NCBI GenBank assembly: GCA_963667725.2
Contig: CAXXHO010000005.1
Span: 128,001 to 192,000, forward strand
Origin: Treponemataceae bacterium
GTDB taxonomy: Bacteria; Spirochaetota; Spirochaetia; Treponematales; Rectinemataceae
DNA: 64,000 nucleotides
Direction: 5' to 3'
Below are positions 22,714 to 32,413 of the stretch, piece by piece. How positions within the stretch are numbered: the first letter of the stretch is position 1; each line of letters begins with the position of its first letter. The position numbers and the translations under genes were made by a program. Below the pieces are notes generated by a model. It was not told the origin of the DNA and did no database searches. It saw only the letters and a list, made by a program, of their open reading frames with translations.

Positions 22714-24216
22714 ATGCCCCGCCTCCTCCTCGTGGACGACAACCCGAGCATCCACAAGATTGCGGAAACGCTGCTGGCGCCCACCGACATCCAGCTTGTC
22801 TGCGTCGAAAGCGCCAAGGACGCGCTGAATCTCATCGCCGAAGGCGAGCGATTCGATGTGGCTTTGCTCGACATCATGATGGCCGGTATGGACGGCTGGG
22901 AGCTGCTGGACCAGCTCCGGATGCACCCTGCCACCGCCGGCATCCCCATCGCCATGATGGCGGGCGTTCTCGATACCGTGGATCCAACCCGGCTCGAAAC
23001 GGCCTCCATCCAGGGTTTTCTCAAAAAACCCGTGGAACTGAGGGATCTGGGTGCCCGCGTTCACACCTTTCTGGAAGCCCGCGTCGAGGTTGCTCATCCG
23101 CCTGCGCCACTCCAGGACTTCTCCCCCTTCTCGACCCTGCCTGCGGTCAAGCTCTCGGAGCTGCCCGAATTCCGTCAGGCTTCGGCCCCAGAAGCCAGCC
23201 TGGACGTGGAGCCCGACGTGGCCGATGACGATCTGCTGGTGCTGGTCGAGGCCGATCTGTGGCCCGAAGTCCCGCCGCCGCCCGGCACGGTGACCGAGGA
23301 CCTCTCCCCCTTCGCGGAAATCCCACCGGAGGAATCCCTGGATCTCGAAGAGCTCGATCTCGACAGCCTGAAGGGCCTGACCATCGCGCCCAAGGCCGCT
23401 GCCGTCGAGGCCGAGCCCGCCCTCCCCGAACCCGTCCAGATGCTGCCCGAGGCGCCCGAATTCGAGCCTTCCGCCTTTGAATCCGTCCCGCCGGTTGAGC
23501 TTGCGCAGGAACTCGAGTCGGCACCTATCCCCCCGGTTGAGGCCTTCCCTGAGGAGATGGCCTCGATTCCCACCCAGGTTCTCCCTGACGAGTCTGGCTC
23601 TCAGGAACTACCGGACCTGGGGCCCGAATCCGAGCCGACCTTCGATCCCGAAGCCCTTGCGGGCCTCGACAGCCTTTCGGATGAGGCCTTCGAGCCCAGG
23701 CCTACGAGAGAGTTGGTCGCCCCAACGCCAGAGCCCGACCCCGATTTCCTGTCGGGCCTGGGGGAAGCCACCATCACCCCGGGGGTGGCCGTGGTGGGCT
23801 GGTCGGACGAGAGCGAGAAAATGCTTGGGTACCTCACGCCCTCCCAGCCCCTGACGGCCAACCCTGTGCTCGGGTCGGACGATGACGAGGAGGAACTGGA
23901 TCTGGGCGAGCCGGACTCCCTGCAGGTCCCACCACTGGCGATGGGTTTCCCCCTGGCGGAACCCTTGGCCGAGCCCTGGGCCACAGGTGACCTGCCCGTG
24001 GTCCCGGAGCCTGAGCCTGTGGTGATGGCGGCACCGATTGCGGCCCCGGTGGCTGCCCCGTCCTCCACGGACGACCTGTTGCGGGCCATTACCTCGGACC
24101 CGGTCCTCATGGATCACCTCGCCAAGGCTCTGGTGGCCAAACTCAGCGACCAAGTGCTCCGCGAGATCGCCTGGGACGTGATGCCCGAAATGGCCGAGCG
24201 CCTCAACCGCCACTGA
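22714..24216 (+). CDS. RomR-like response regulator (receiver, long Pro/Glu/Asp-rich linker, conserved C-terminal helix)
   Basis: Receiver motifs, over 300 aa acidic Pro-rich linker, C-terminal LREIAWDVMPEMAE resembling the RomR tail. Confidence 0.75.
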   Translation: MPRLLLVDDNPSIHKIAETLLAPTDIQLVCVESAKDALNLIAEGERFDVALLDIMMAGMDGWELLDQLRMHPATAGIPIAMMAGVLDTVDPTRLETASIQGFLKKPVELRDLGARVHTFLEARVEVAHPPAPLQDFSPFSTLPAVKLSELPEFRQASAPEASLDVEPDVADDDLLVLVEADLWPEVPPPPGTVTEDLSPFAEIPPEESLDLEELDLDSLKGLTIAPKAAAVEAEPALPEPVQMLPEAPEFEPSAFESVPPVELAQELESAPIPPVEAFPEEMASIPTQVLPDESGSQELPDLGPESEPTFDPEALAGLDSLSDEAFEPRPTRELVAPTPEPDPDFLSGLGEATITPGVAVVGWSDESEKMLGYLTPSQPLTANPVLGSDDDEEELDLGEPDSLQVPPLAMGFPLAEPLAEPWATGDLPVVPEPEPVVMAAPIAAPVAAPSSTDDLLRAITSDPVLMDHLAKALVAKLSDQVLREIAWDVMPEMAERLNRH

Positions 24217-24244
24217 CACCACTGAGTAAGGACGGGAACCCGGC

Positions 24245-24889
24245 ATGATCACTGGCTACAACACGGATGTCCGCCACGGCAGCCGGATCTTCCACGTTCA
24301 GACCGAGGACAAGGGCGTAAGCAACCCCAAGATCGAGACCCTGATCTATGTGGGCGGGGAAATCCTGGACAACTACCGGTCCTCCTACGAGGAGCTGCTG
24401 GGCGGCCCCATCTCAGACAGCGTTATCCAGGCGCGCATGGACGAGCAGCACAAGGCCGTCATCCGCGACATCAAGAACGGCAAGTACGACACGACTCCAG
24501 GCGAGGGTGAGGTCGCCGAACAGCAGGTCTTCAACGACCGTCCCCTTGATCAGGCCATCCTCGAGTACCTCCAGCAGGAGGGCGATGTCGACACCCTCGA
24601 GATGGTGGTTGACGAGCCCATGAAACCCACCTTCGGCACGACCTTCCCCCTAAAGATCCGGGCGCGGCTCTGCATCAGCCAGAACCCCGTCAGCGGCGCC
24701 GAAGTCACCATCCGCATGATCTCCAGCCTCAAGAAAGCCATCACCCTCCTCGCCGGCAAGACCGGCCCCGACGGCACCTTCCTGGGCCAGATCGAAGTCC
24801 CCCCCAGCCAACCCGGCCACTGCGCCCTCCTGATCGGCTGCAGCTCGGATGCGGGGAGCGATGAGATGCGGGTGGTGATTGGGGCGTGA
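24245..24889 (+). CDS. Conserved protein with RomY-like N-terminal domain and an Ig-like C-terminal domain
   Basis: TGYNTDVRH..FHVQTEDKG..NP.I.T...GG.IL..MDEQHK..IRDIKNGKYD resembles myxobacterial RomY as recalled; needs a search. Confidence 0.55.
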   Translation: MITGYNTDVRHGSRIFHVQTEDKGVSNPKIETLIYVGGEILDNYRSSYEELLGGPISDSVIQARMDEQHKAVIRDIKNGKYDTTPGEGEVAEQQVFNDRPLDQAILEYLQQEGDVDTLEMVVDEPMKPTFGTTFPLKIRARLCISQNPVSGAEVTIRMISSLKKAITLLAGKTGPDGTFLGQIEVPPSQPGHCALLIGCSSDAGSDEMRVVIGA

Positions 24890-24970
24890 AGTGGGAAGAA
24901 GAGGTTGCCCATCAGGTGTTGTTCTGGAAATGGTTGGATTGCTCTGCATTCTATAAGTCTATGGCAAACC

Positions 24971-24986
24971 TGTGACACAAATCACG
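24971..24986. promoter_or_regulatory. CRP/FNR-family-like operator
   Basis: TGTGA-cacaaa-TCACG, 9/10 match to TGTGA-N6-TCACA, in the intergenic region upstream of the barrel operon. Confidence 0.4.
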
Positions 24987-25211
24987 TGGAGCTAGCTTGA
25001 GGGAGTGAATACACCTCGCATGGAAGAATTCTTGTGCTACATTCCTCCTGAAGGTTCCCGAAGTTGACAATTTGGACAGGTGCGTGCTTGACTTTCATGA
25101 CTCCATCAAAATCTGTCGTTTGCCGTGTGCAATTGATCATCCGCTGTCTCAACTGGGTTGCAGGTCATCAAGCTGCCTCAACCCCTGCTCACACCCCTAG
25201 GAGGAGTTGAA

Positions 25212-25868
25212 ATGAAGAAAAAACTACTTTTGATCCCGGCTTTTATGCTGGTTGGGACTTTAGGTACCGCTGAAGAAGCGTCACCATTGGCCCTCAAGCT
25301 ACGTCTGCAGACTGGCGTCAAGGCTGTAGACGGGATGCGGAACGGCTTTGGTGTTGGCGTAAACTACGCCTATAAAGTCGGACCTGGTGCCTTGAACGCA
25401 GAACTGGGTTACCAGTATTTTTCCGGGAACCAGTATCGGCAGCCGATCGGCGCGAATCCCTTTGGCCTCACCGATGAAACGGCCGTGGATTCTCGGAAGA
25501 ATTCTAGTGAAGGTCTGGCTCTTCGTTTGAGCTGGAGCCAGGAGTTGATCAAGGATTTTGGATTCCAGGCTGGTGTTTCCCTTGCGAAGCTGAAGAATCA
25601 CAATGAGTCCATTGCGACCTTTGGTGTCGGTGGTGCTCGTGGTGCGTGGACCTTGGCCACCGATAAGTCCTGGTTCACCGCCTCGCCGTTCGTGGGGGTC
25701 AAGTGGGACATGAACGAGATTGGCGCTCTTGAGCTCAACGTGCTTTTTTCAAGCTACAAGGTGACAACGGTGGATCCGGTGTACGGCACAACCACCACCA
25801 CTCCGTTGATCGGAGAAAAGAACGTCAACAAGCCGAAAATTGAGTTCGGCTATACCTTCAAATTCTGA
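25212..25868 (+). CDS. Small outer-membrane beta-barrel protein
   Basis: Signal peptide MKKKLLL..TA, amphipathic strands, C-terminal GYTFKF; AGGAGGAG RBS. Confidence 0.8.
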   Translation: MKKKLLLIPAFMLVGTLGTAEEASPLALKLRLQTGVKAVDGMRNGFGVGVNYAYKVGPGALNAELGYQYFSGNQYRQPIGANPFGLTDETAVDSRKNSSEGLALRLSWSQELIKDFGFQAGVSLAKLKNHNESIATFGVGGARGAWTLATDKSWFTASPFVGVKWDMNEIGALELNVLFSSYKVTTVDPVYGTTTTTPLIGEKNVNKPKIEFGYTFKF

Positions 25869-25903
25869 TTGAAGTCGGATCTATCTAATCGATTGGAGGC
25901 TAC

Positions 25904-28900
25904 ATGTCTTTTTTGAAAAATTCATTAATTCTTGGCAATGTGGCACTGGCCATTGCGGCTGGGGCTACGTTGCAGGCTCAGGAAGTCACGGGCTCCCTCG
26001 CTGGTAGCGTCAAGGATTCCAATGGTGCCGCTGTGGCGGGGGCCCAGGTAATCATCCGCGCAGCGCAGCTGATCGCCCCCCGCCGGGTTGTCACAGATGG
26101 TAAGGGTAGTTTCCGTGCGCCTCTGCTCCCTCCTGGCGACTATCAGGTTGATGTGGTCAAGGATGGGTACGCCGGTCAGGGGGCTCGTCAACTTCGCATC
26201 GGTGTGGGTGCAAGCATTCGTCAGGATTTCATCCTGAAGCCAATCTCTCAAGCTGCTGCCACAGTAGAAGTCGTGAGTTCCGCTGCAACCCTTGATAAGT
26301 CGGATTCCAAGGCGGCGACTTCCTTCTCTGCCGAGGAATTGCTCACCCTTCCCACAGCTGGCGGAGATCGTGCGTTTACCGGGGCTATGGACTTCGCGCC
26401 TGGTGTTACCACCAATGCCGGTGGCGGAACCTCGATCCGTGGTGGCAAAACCCAGGAAACTGGCTACACCCTGAACGGCACGAGCATCAAGGATGACTAC
26501 GAAGGTCGTATGAACAGCACCCGTCTGATCGATGACGCGGTGGAGGATACCCAGGTCATTCAGTCTCCGCTCCATGCCCGATTTGGTCGCACGGGTGGCG
26601 GCATGGTCAATGTTGTGACTAAGAGTGGTGGAAACGATTTCTCGGGGTCAATCCGATCCTACATCAGCAAAAACGACTGGGAGGCATACCGCCACCTAGA
26701 AAGCCGTGACGAAGCGCGCGCGAATACTCAGAATCGTCGACAGACCGATATTTTCTTCAGCGGCCCGATCTGGAAAGACCGGGTTTGGTTTGCCATTTCG
26801 ACCATTCAGAAGCCGGCCGAGACCAGCCGGACAGAAATCCTCATCGGTGAGAACCCGGCGGATTGGGAAGCTGCCACTCAGACGGGTCGACAGTGGGATC
26901 AGTTCGAGCCTGGGTTCACGGCGGGTTCTCTGTATCCCTTCGACATCGGCACCAACATGAATCGGTCCGATACTCAGGATTATATTGACGCGAAATTTAC
27001 CGGTTCCATCACCCCTGACCACACTGTTGATTTCACTTTCCAGCAGAACAAGCAGGAAATTAAGAATCGTAACCCCTACGGTGATAATGGCGCGCCCATT
27101 GTGGCCACCATTCAGTCGCATTCCCTCAGTCAGATAGGGTTAGATAAGTACTGGAGCTATGGCTACCGAGGTGTGCTCGGCGGAAGTACCTTCATTGAGG
27201 CTCGGTACTCCAAGTCGATTTCCAATACGACTTTCCCCAGTCCTCTGCTCGATCATCTGCGCCTGAGTTACTACGGCACGCAATTGGGTGTTCTTTTCCC
27301 CTACGGATTCAATATTGCGCCTGCCATTGATGCACGCGACAACCAGAGTGGGAACCTGAACGTCAAGCAGTTCCTGGATTTCCATGGAAGCCACGAAATC
27401 GACGCTGGCTTTGAGTTCTACGAGTTCCTGCGCGGGACCCAGACTCAGAATGGTCCCCGCAATTTGCGCTTCTACATCCCTGCCGTCACGGCTGATGCTG
27501 CTCTCGTGGCGGGCCTTAACCCCGACCCCTACGGGAATCTGGTTGGCTTCCAGGCGGTCAATTACTACTATGCACGATCCTTCGGGAACGCTGCACAGAC
27601 GGCCACGGGTACCTTGGGGCAATCCGCTGTCCTCCGGCGGTATTACGGCGCCGATGGTATATCAAAGACGCGGACAACATCCCTGTATGTGAACGACTCT
27701 TGGTCTATTAATAAGTATCTCAACGTTATGCTTGGTCTTCGCATTGACAAGTTCCGTGTCGAAGATACGGACAAGTCGGTGCTGATCGACAAGATGGGTC
27801 CGTTGGCACCTCGTTTCCAAATCCGTTATGATCCGGATGGGACGACTCGTCATCTGTTCACCTTTACGGCCGCCAAATACGTGAATGAATATAGTGCTGG
27901 GTTCACGGATGGCTTCATCAAGAAGGCCAACACGACTTATGCACAGTTCGGCTATACCGGCGTTGCGAATGCCGCCGGTGCTGCAACATGGGTTGATTAT
28001 GCCAATATCACCAACCTGAACAACTACGGCAACAGTGCTGATGGCTTGGCTGGTCCCCTCAGCACACCGACGAACTACTTTGATGCTTCCAAGAACAACA
28101 TCATTGAGCAGTTCAGCAACCCCTATGTGATCGAGTACACCCTAGGGTACCGTCGGGCATACCAGAACGGATCCTTCTTCCAGATCACCTTCGTTAACAA
28201 GGAATGGAAGAATGATTTCTCGATCTCCACAGATATCGATCCGGCCTATTTCGTGATGGTCACAGACCCCACTGGGTCTGGACTACCCTCTCGGCCCGCT
28301 CTGGCCACAAAGTGGGGCAACAGCAACGAACTGACCCGCAACTATAAGGCGGCCGAATTGGAGTTCAGGCACAACATCAACAGCACTTGGCTGTTTGGTG
28401 GTAACTATACCTATAGCCGTCTCACGGGCAACACCAATGGTGGTGACTCCGGTGCACAGGCCTTCCGTGATACCACGGCATCTGCCCCGCTCAACCTTAA
28501 GGGCTGGCATGTGCGGAACGGCACCCCACTCGCAGAATACACGCCAGAAGGTTTGCTGCTCAGCAACCAGACCCACAAGGCTCGCCTGTACGTCACCGCC
28601 AGTCTGCCCTTGGGCAAGGGGCGTATTTCCTATACGGCCCTTCTGCGCTATGACTCTGGCACTGTCTTCGGTGCTGCGGGGACCAAGAATTGGGGGCCGG
28701 GCGCGATCCCCACGGATCTCTACCCTACGACTGTCCCGACGAACCCCGCTCTGCCCTCCAACTACACGGCTTGGTTCTCCCAGCGCGGTGCCTTTACTGG
28801 CAATGATTCTTATCAGGTGGATGCCAAGATTGATTGGTCCTTGCCTCTGGGATTCCGAAAGCTCCAGTTGATGGGGAACCTGCAAATCGACAACGTGTTC

Positions 28901-29071
28901 AACACGCAGATTCGCACGGGTTACGTTAATAATTTCATTACAGCCTCTCAGCCATACAATGTCACGGGTCTTGCTGTTGCCAACCCTGCTACTTTTGGCA
29001 CGGATGCAGGGAATTATGCCTACTGGATCCAGGCGCGTAACGTGAGTGCAAGCATCGGCTTGAAGTTCTAA
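25904..29071 (+). CDS. TonB-dependent receptor, Oar-like, with carboxypeptidase regulatory-like N-terminal domain
   Basis: Signal peptide, GSVKDSNGAAVAGA..PPGDY, plug (PGV, SIRGG, ARFGRTGGGMVNVVTKSG), NVFN, C-terminal GLKF. Confidence 0.9.
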   Translation: MSFLKNSLILGNVALAIAAGATLQAQEVTGSLAGSVKDSNGAAVAGAQVIIRAAQLIAPRRVVTDGKGSFRAPLLPPGDYQVDVVKDGYAGQGARQLRIGVGASIRQDFILKPISQAAATVEVVSSAATLDKSDSKAATSFSAEELLTLPTAGGDRAFTGAMDFAPGVTTNAGGGTSIRGGKTQETGYTLNGTSIKDDYEGRMNSTRLIDDAVEDTQVIQSPLHARFGRTGGGMVNVVTKSGGNDFSGSIRSYISKNDWEAYRHLESRDEARANTQNRRQTDIFFSGPIWKDRVWFAISTIQKPAETSRTEILIGENPADWEAATQTGRQWDQFEPGFTAGSLYPFDIGTNMNRSDTQDYIDAKFTGSITPDHTVDFTFQQNKQEIKNRNPYGDNGAPIVATIQSHSLSQIGLDKYWSYGYRGVLGGSTFIEARYSKSISNTTFPSPLLDHLRLSYYGTQLGVLFPYGFNIAPAIDARDNQSGNLNVKQFLDFHGSHEIDAGFEFYEFLRGTQTQNGPRNLRFYIPAVTADAALVAGLNPDPYGNLVGFQAVNYYYARSFGNAAQTATGTLGQSAVLRRYYGADGISKTRTTSLYVNDSWSINKYLNVMLGLRIDKFRVEDTDKSVLIDKMGPLAPRFQIRYDPDGTTRHLFTFTAAKYVNEYSAGFTDGFIKKANTTYAQFGYTGVANAAGAATWVDYANITNLNNYGNSADGLAGPLSTPTNYFDASKNNIIEQFSNPYVIEYTLGYRRAYQNGSFFQITFVNKEWKNDFSISTDIDPAYFVMVTDPTGSGLPSRPALATKWGNSNELTRNYKAAELEFRHNINSTWLFGGNYTYSRLTGNTNGGDSGAQAFRDTTASAPLNLKGWHVRNGTPLAEYTPEGLLLSNQTHKARLYVTASLPLGKGRISYTALLRYDSGTVFGAAGTKNWGPGAIPTDLYPTTVPTNPALPSNYTAWFSQRGAFTGNDSYQVDAKIDWSLPLGFRKLQLMGNLQIDNVFNTQIRTGYVNNFITASQPYNVTGLAVANPATFGTDAGNYAYWIQARNVSASIGLKF

Positions 29072-29105
29072 AACGCCTAAACAGATTTCATTAGGAGTTA
29101 ACAGT

Positions 29106-29699
29106 ATGAACACAAATCTCAAAACGCTCTGGATCGCTGCCGCAGCGACTCTGGCCTTTTCTTCCTCTGTTCGAGCCGAGGATGACATCAAGGGCCTTTT
29201 CGTGGGTGGTGCTGTCACCGTAGCCAATGATTCTCTCAAGAAAGTCACCCTGAAGACCTACGGTGTCGGGTTGACTGTTGGTTTGGATCGCACCCTCGGC
29301 GATACAAACCTGGGGATTCGGCCTGCTTTTTCCATTACCTGGTTGCCCGGAAAGGTCGGCCCAGACGAGTCGAAGACTAGTCTGACCAACCTGCAGGTGT
29401 CGACCGATCTGATCATTCCCACGGGCCTTGATCGCGTTAAGGTCGTGACGGGCTTCTCTCTTAACCAGTGGCGCTACCTTGCGAGCTCTCCCGGCAACCA
29501 CCCTTGGGGTCTGGATGGGAATAGAGCTCCTAAGGATCTCAAGTTTGGATTCCGCGCTGGCCTGGACGTCAAAATAACCCCGAAATGGTCGGCGGATGCC
29601 TTACTCCAGATGGTTGAATTTGGCAGCACAGATAGTCAATTCAATTCCTATAATTTTAATCCCACCTGGGTTCAGGTTGGAGTGAAATACCATTTTTAG
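29106..29699 (+). CDS. Small outer-membrane beta-barrel protein
   Basis: Signal peptide ending VRA, amphipathic strands, C-terminal VGVKYHF; AGGAG RBS. Confidence 0.8.
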   Translation: MNTNLKTLWIAAAATLAFSSSVRAEDDIKGLFVGGAVTVANDSLKKVTLKTYGVGLTVGLDRTLGDTNLGIRPAFSITWLPGKVGPDESKTSLTNLQVSTDLIIPTGLDRVKVVTGFSLNQWRYLASSPGNHPWGLDGNRAPKDLKFGFRAGLDVKITPKWSADALLQMVEFGSTDSQFNSYNFNPTWVQVGVKYHF

Positions 29700-29717
29700 G
29701 CTTTTATTTTGTTGATG

Positions 29718-29752
29718 ACAAAGGGGCTCTCATTGGAGAGTCCCTTTGTTTT
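29718..29752 (+). terminator. Intrinsic terminator
   Basis: ACAAAGGGGCTCTC-attg-GAGAGTCCCTTTGT followed by T residues. Confidence 0.75.
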
Positions 29753-29856
29753 CTGCTGCCAATTCCGATACGGAACAACACCCTGTAGGTGGGCCCTCCG
29801 GAGTGCCTTTGGCACCCAGGGGTCACTGAAGAGGCGGGTTTCACCAGGGAAGGCAT

Positions 29857-29914
29857 TGATACCAGCTAGCTTTCAAAAGGGTTCTAATATCCAATCGCGT
29901 CCGGCGAGGCGTTT
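29857..29914 (-). repeat. Inverted 58-bp copy of the IS630 right end
   Basis: 54/58 identical to the reverse complement of 30987-31044. Confidence 0.85.
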
Positions 29915-31044
29915 AATACAGACTTGCATTCTTTAAGGTTTAAATGATCCTTGTCTCAAGGGAGGCCAGGATGCGACCACCGATTCCCATCAGCCAGGCG
30001 CGAATAGAAGAACTTGTGGGATTCCGGAAGGCCAAATGGTCCGGCTTCGAGTTTCAGTGATTTCTTTGTGTATGGCTGCGAGTAGAGCGGGCGCAGACCC
30101 CCGAGCAAATCGCCACGACGCTGGGCTGGCACGTGAACACTGTCCGCGCCACACAGCAGGACTTTGCTCGATCCGGCATCGAGGCGCTGAAAGAGAAACC
30201 TCGTGGGGGGCGCTTCCATGCGGCGATGACCTTGCAGGAAGAGGCCGAGTTCCTCAGCGGATTTGCGAGCAGGGCTGGCGAAGGTTCGATCCTCGTCGTC
30301 CGAGAGGTATGGCAGGCGCTTGAGGGTCGGCTGGGGCGCAAGGTCGCCGAATCCACGGTCTATCGACTCCTCGCGCGTCACGGGTGGCGCAAGATCGTGC
30401 CGCGCCCATTCCACCCCAAGCGCGATCCCGAGAAAGCCGAGGCGTTCAAAAAGGGGGCTACGCACAGCGGGTCAAGGCCACAGCGGAAAGGGCCGCCGCC
30501 AAAGGCCTCGCGCTGAGAGTCTGCTTCCAGGACGAGGCGCGGATCGGACGGATGAATGATCCGAAGGCCTGCTGGGTACCTCGCGGGGTCCGTCCTGCCG
30601 TAGGTGCGCAACTGGTTCGGGAGTTCCTGTATGTGTTCGGAGCCATCAGCCCAGTCGACGGTTGCCACGACAGCCTAATCCTCCCCGCTGCCAACACCCT
30701 GTGCATGAACCACTTCCTGGCTGAGTTGCGATCACGCCACCCGAGCGACTACATCCTGGCGGTTCTCGATGGCGCTGGGTGGCACAAGTCGAAGGAACTG
30801 GTGATCCCCGAATCAATGGAGCTGGGCCCACTGCCGCCATATTGTCCTGATCTCAATCCAGAGGAGCAGGTATGGGACGAACTTCGAGAGAAGGCGTTCG
30901 GAAACTGTGTGTTCGACTCTCTGGAAGCCGTGACTGACGTCGGGGCCGACGGCCTCAGAAGGATCGAGTCGAACCCGGAAGCCCCTAAACGCCTCACCGG
31001 ACGCGATTGTATATTAGAACCCTTTTGAAAGCTGGTTGGTATCA
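29914..31044 (+). mobile_element. IS630-family insertion sequence (decayed)
   Basis: Imperfect ends TAATAC.. / ..GTATCA around an HTH ORF and a DDE ORF (FQDEAR, LDGAGWH, LPPYCPDLNPEE). Confidence 0.85.
29971..31028 (+). pseudogene. IS630 transposase with in-frame TGA at 30058-30060 and AAAAAGGGGG -1 frameshift signal at 30448-30457
   Basis: ATG 29971 with GGAGG RBS is in frame with the HTH ORF but stops at codon 30; the DDE ORF lies in the -1 frame after the slippery run. Confidence 0.8.
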
Positions 31045-32318
31045 GATGCCGCTTCAGACTGTAGCCGAGCTTGCGAGTCCCGCTGATGAGCACGCGACTG
31101 CGTGCCTCCGGGATCCCGTGCCCCTTGTGGCGCTTGTCCACAAAGGTGTAGGCCGGGACCTTGCCCGTCAGCCACTCCACCTGGTCCAGTTGGCCATCCA
31201 GCGTGTGCCCATCGTAGGGATTGCCGGGGCAAGCCTGGATGCCCACCACGAAGCCTTCCCTGAGGGTCACGGCCAGGCTCACCTTGACGCCAAATGCGTA
31301 GGGCTTGTGGGCCTTCCCCTTCGCGATGCATTCCACCTCCGGCGCCGAGAGGCTGTAGACCTTGCCTTTGGTGGTGCGCTTCTGGGTGAGGATCAGCTCC
31401 GAGAGCAGCATCGTCACCTTGTGGACCCGGAAGGCCGCATCGGACAGCTTGCGCTCTCCAGGTATCGGACACGATGTGTCCTCCTGCTCGTTGCACTCGC
31501 AGACGCGGAGCCTCCATCCCGCACCACGCGCCCCGTCATGGTCTTCAGGCTCTTCAGGATCTTCCTAGCGCTTGAACTGCTTGGCCTTCGCGCAGCCACC
31601 GTGCTTCTGGAAGGCCCGTGCCATCAGCTTCCGGTAGCACTGCCGAAGCTCCAGTCCCTTCGCCTCCGCGATCCGCAGCATCGCCGCGTGGACCTTGCGA
31701 TACAGCCGCGCATCCGTTGGATGCTGGACGGCCTTGGGCTGCACGGTCGTGTCCACGATGACCTTCTCGAGGCTGCGCTCCGTGATGGTCTTCGTGGCCT
31801 TGCCTGCCTCGATGGTGATCTGGAGCAGCTTCTCCACGCCCTTCTCACCGATCCGCTGCCGCCAGCGCGTCATCTGGCACGGATGGATCGGCAGGGAATG
31901 GCGGAAGAACTCCTCACCGCAGAAGAACTGTCAGTAGGGGTTCTCGACCCACCGCCCCACCACCTGCTCGTCCGAGAGATTGAAGGTGTGCTTGAGGAGC
32001 TGAAGGCCCGCCATCAGCCGCGTGGGGACCGCCGGACGGCCGTTGTTGGAGCAATACATGGGCCGGAACGCGGCGGCAATGGCCTCCCGGTTAATCGTCT
32101 GCGCCAGACGGACCAGTTCGTGGTCCATGTCCAACGCGAGATCGAGGCGCATGGTCCCGATCATCGCCTGCTGGTGGGTCTTCATCTTCGGTTTCGGCTT
32201 CATTCGTACACCAGATTCCGTGCGTTCATCCCCACCTTTCTGGTGTACGGCATACGTGAAAGGTTCCCGTAAATCCCCGTCAAATATGGATCTATGGGGT
32301 TATGCAAAGTCGACTGCC
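31045..32318 (-). mobile_element. IS5-family element; transposase pseudogene truncated at its 3' end by the IS630
   Basis: GRPAVPTRLMAGL, LSDE, ENPY*QFFCG, VIVDTTVQPKA, YSL..PEVECIAKGKAHKPY.FG, GNPYDGHTL; one stop plus frameshifts; ATG 32203; outer end approximate. Confidence 0.85.
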
Positions 32319-32413
32319 CTAGGGTGAACGCTTGTTTTTCGCGTGACTAAGGGAGTTGCCGAAAGGCGTTAGTTTACCTTTGTACCTTCCGGGGAGGTCG
32401 TGCGCGCTATACA

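Noticed and set aside
23100..24060. Low-complexity Pro/Glu stretch as a DNA repeat array
   Set aside because: It is a protein-level linker with no regular nucleotide repeat
24960..25000. Possible c-di-GMP-I riboswitch (GGCAAACC)
   Set aside because: The GNRA-capped stem and the following GACGCAAA element are missing
30058..30060. In-frame TGA as selenocysteine or readthrough (also 31931-31933)
   Set aside because: Both sit in decayed transposases; the second replaces a conserved Trp; other genes use TGA as a normal stop
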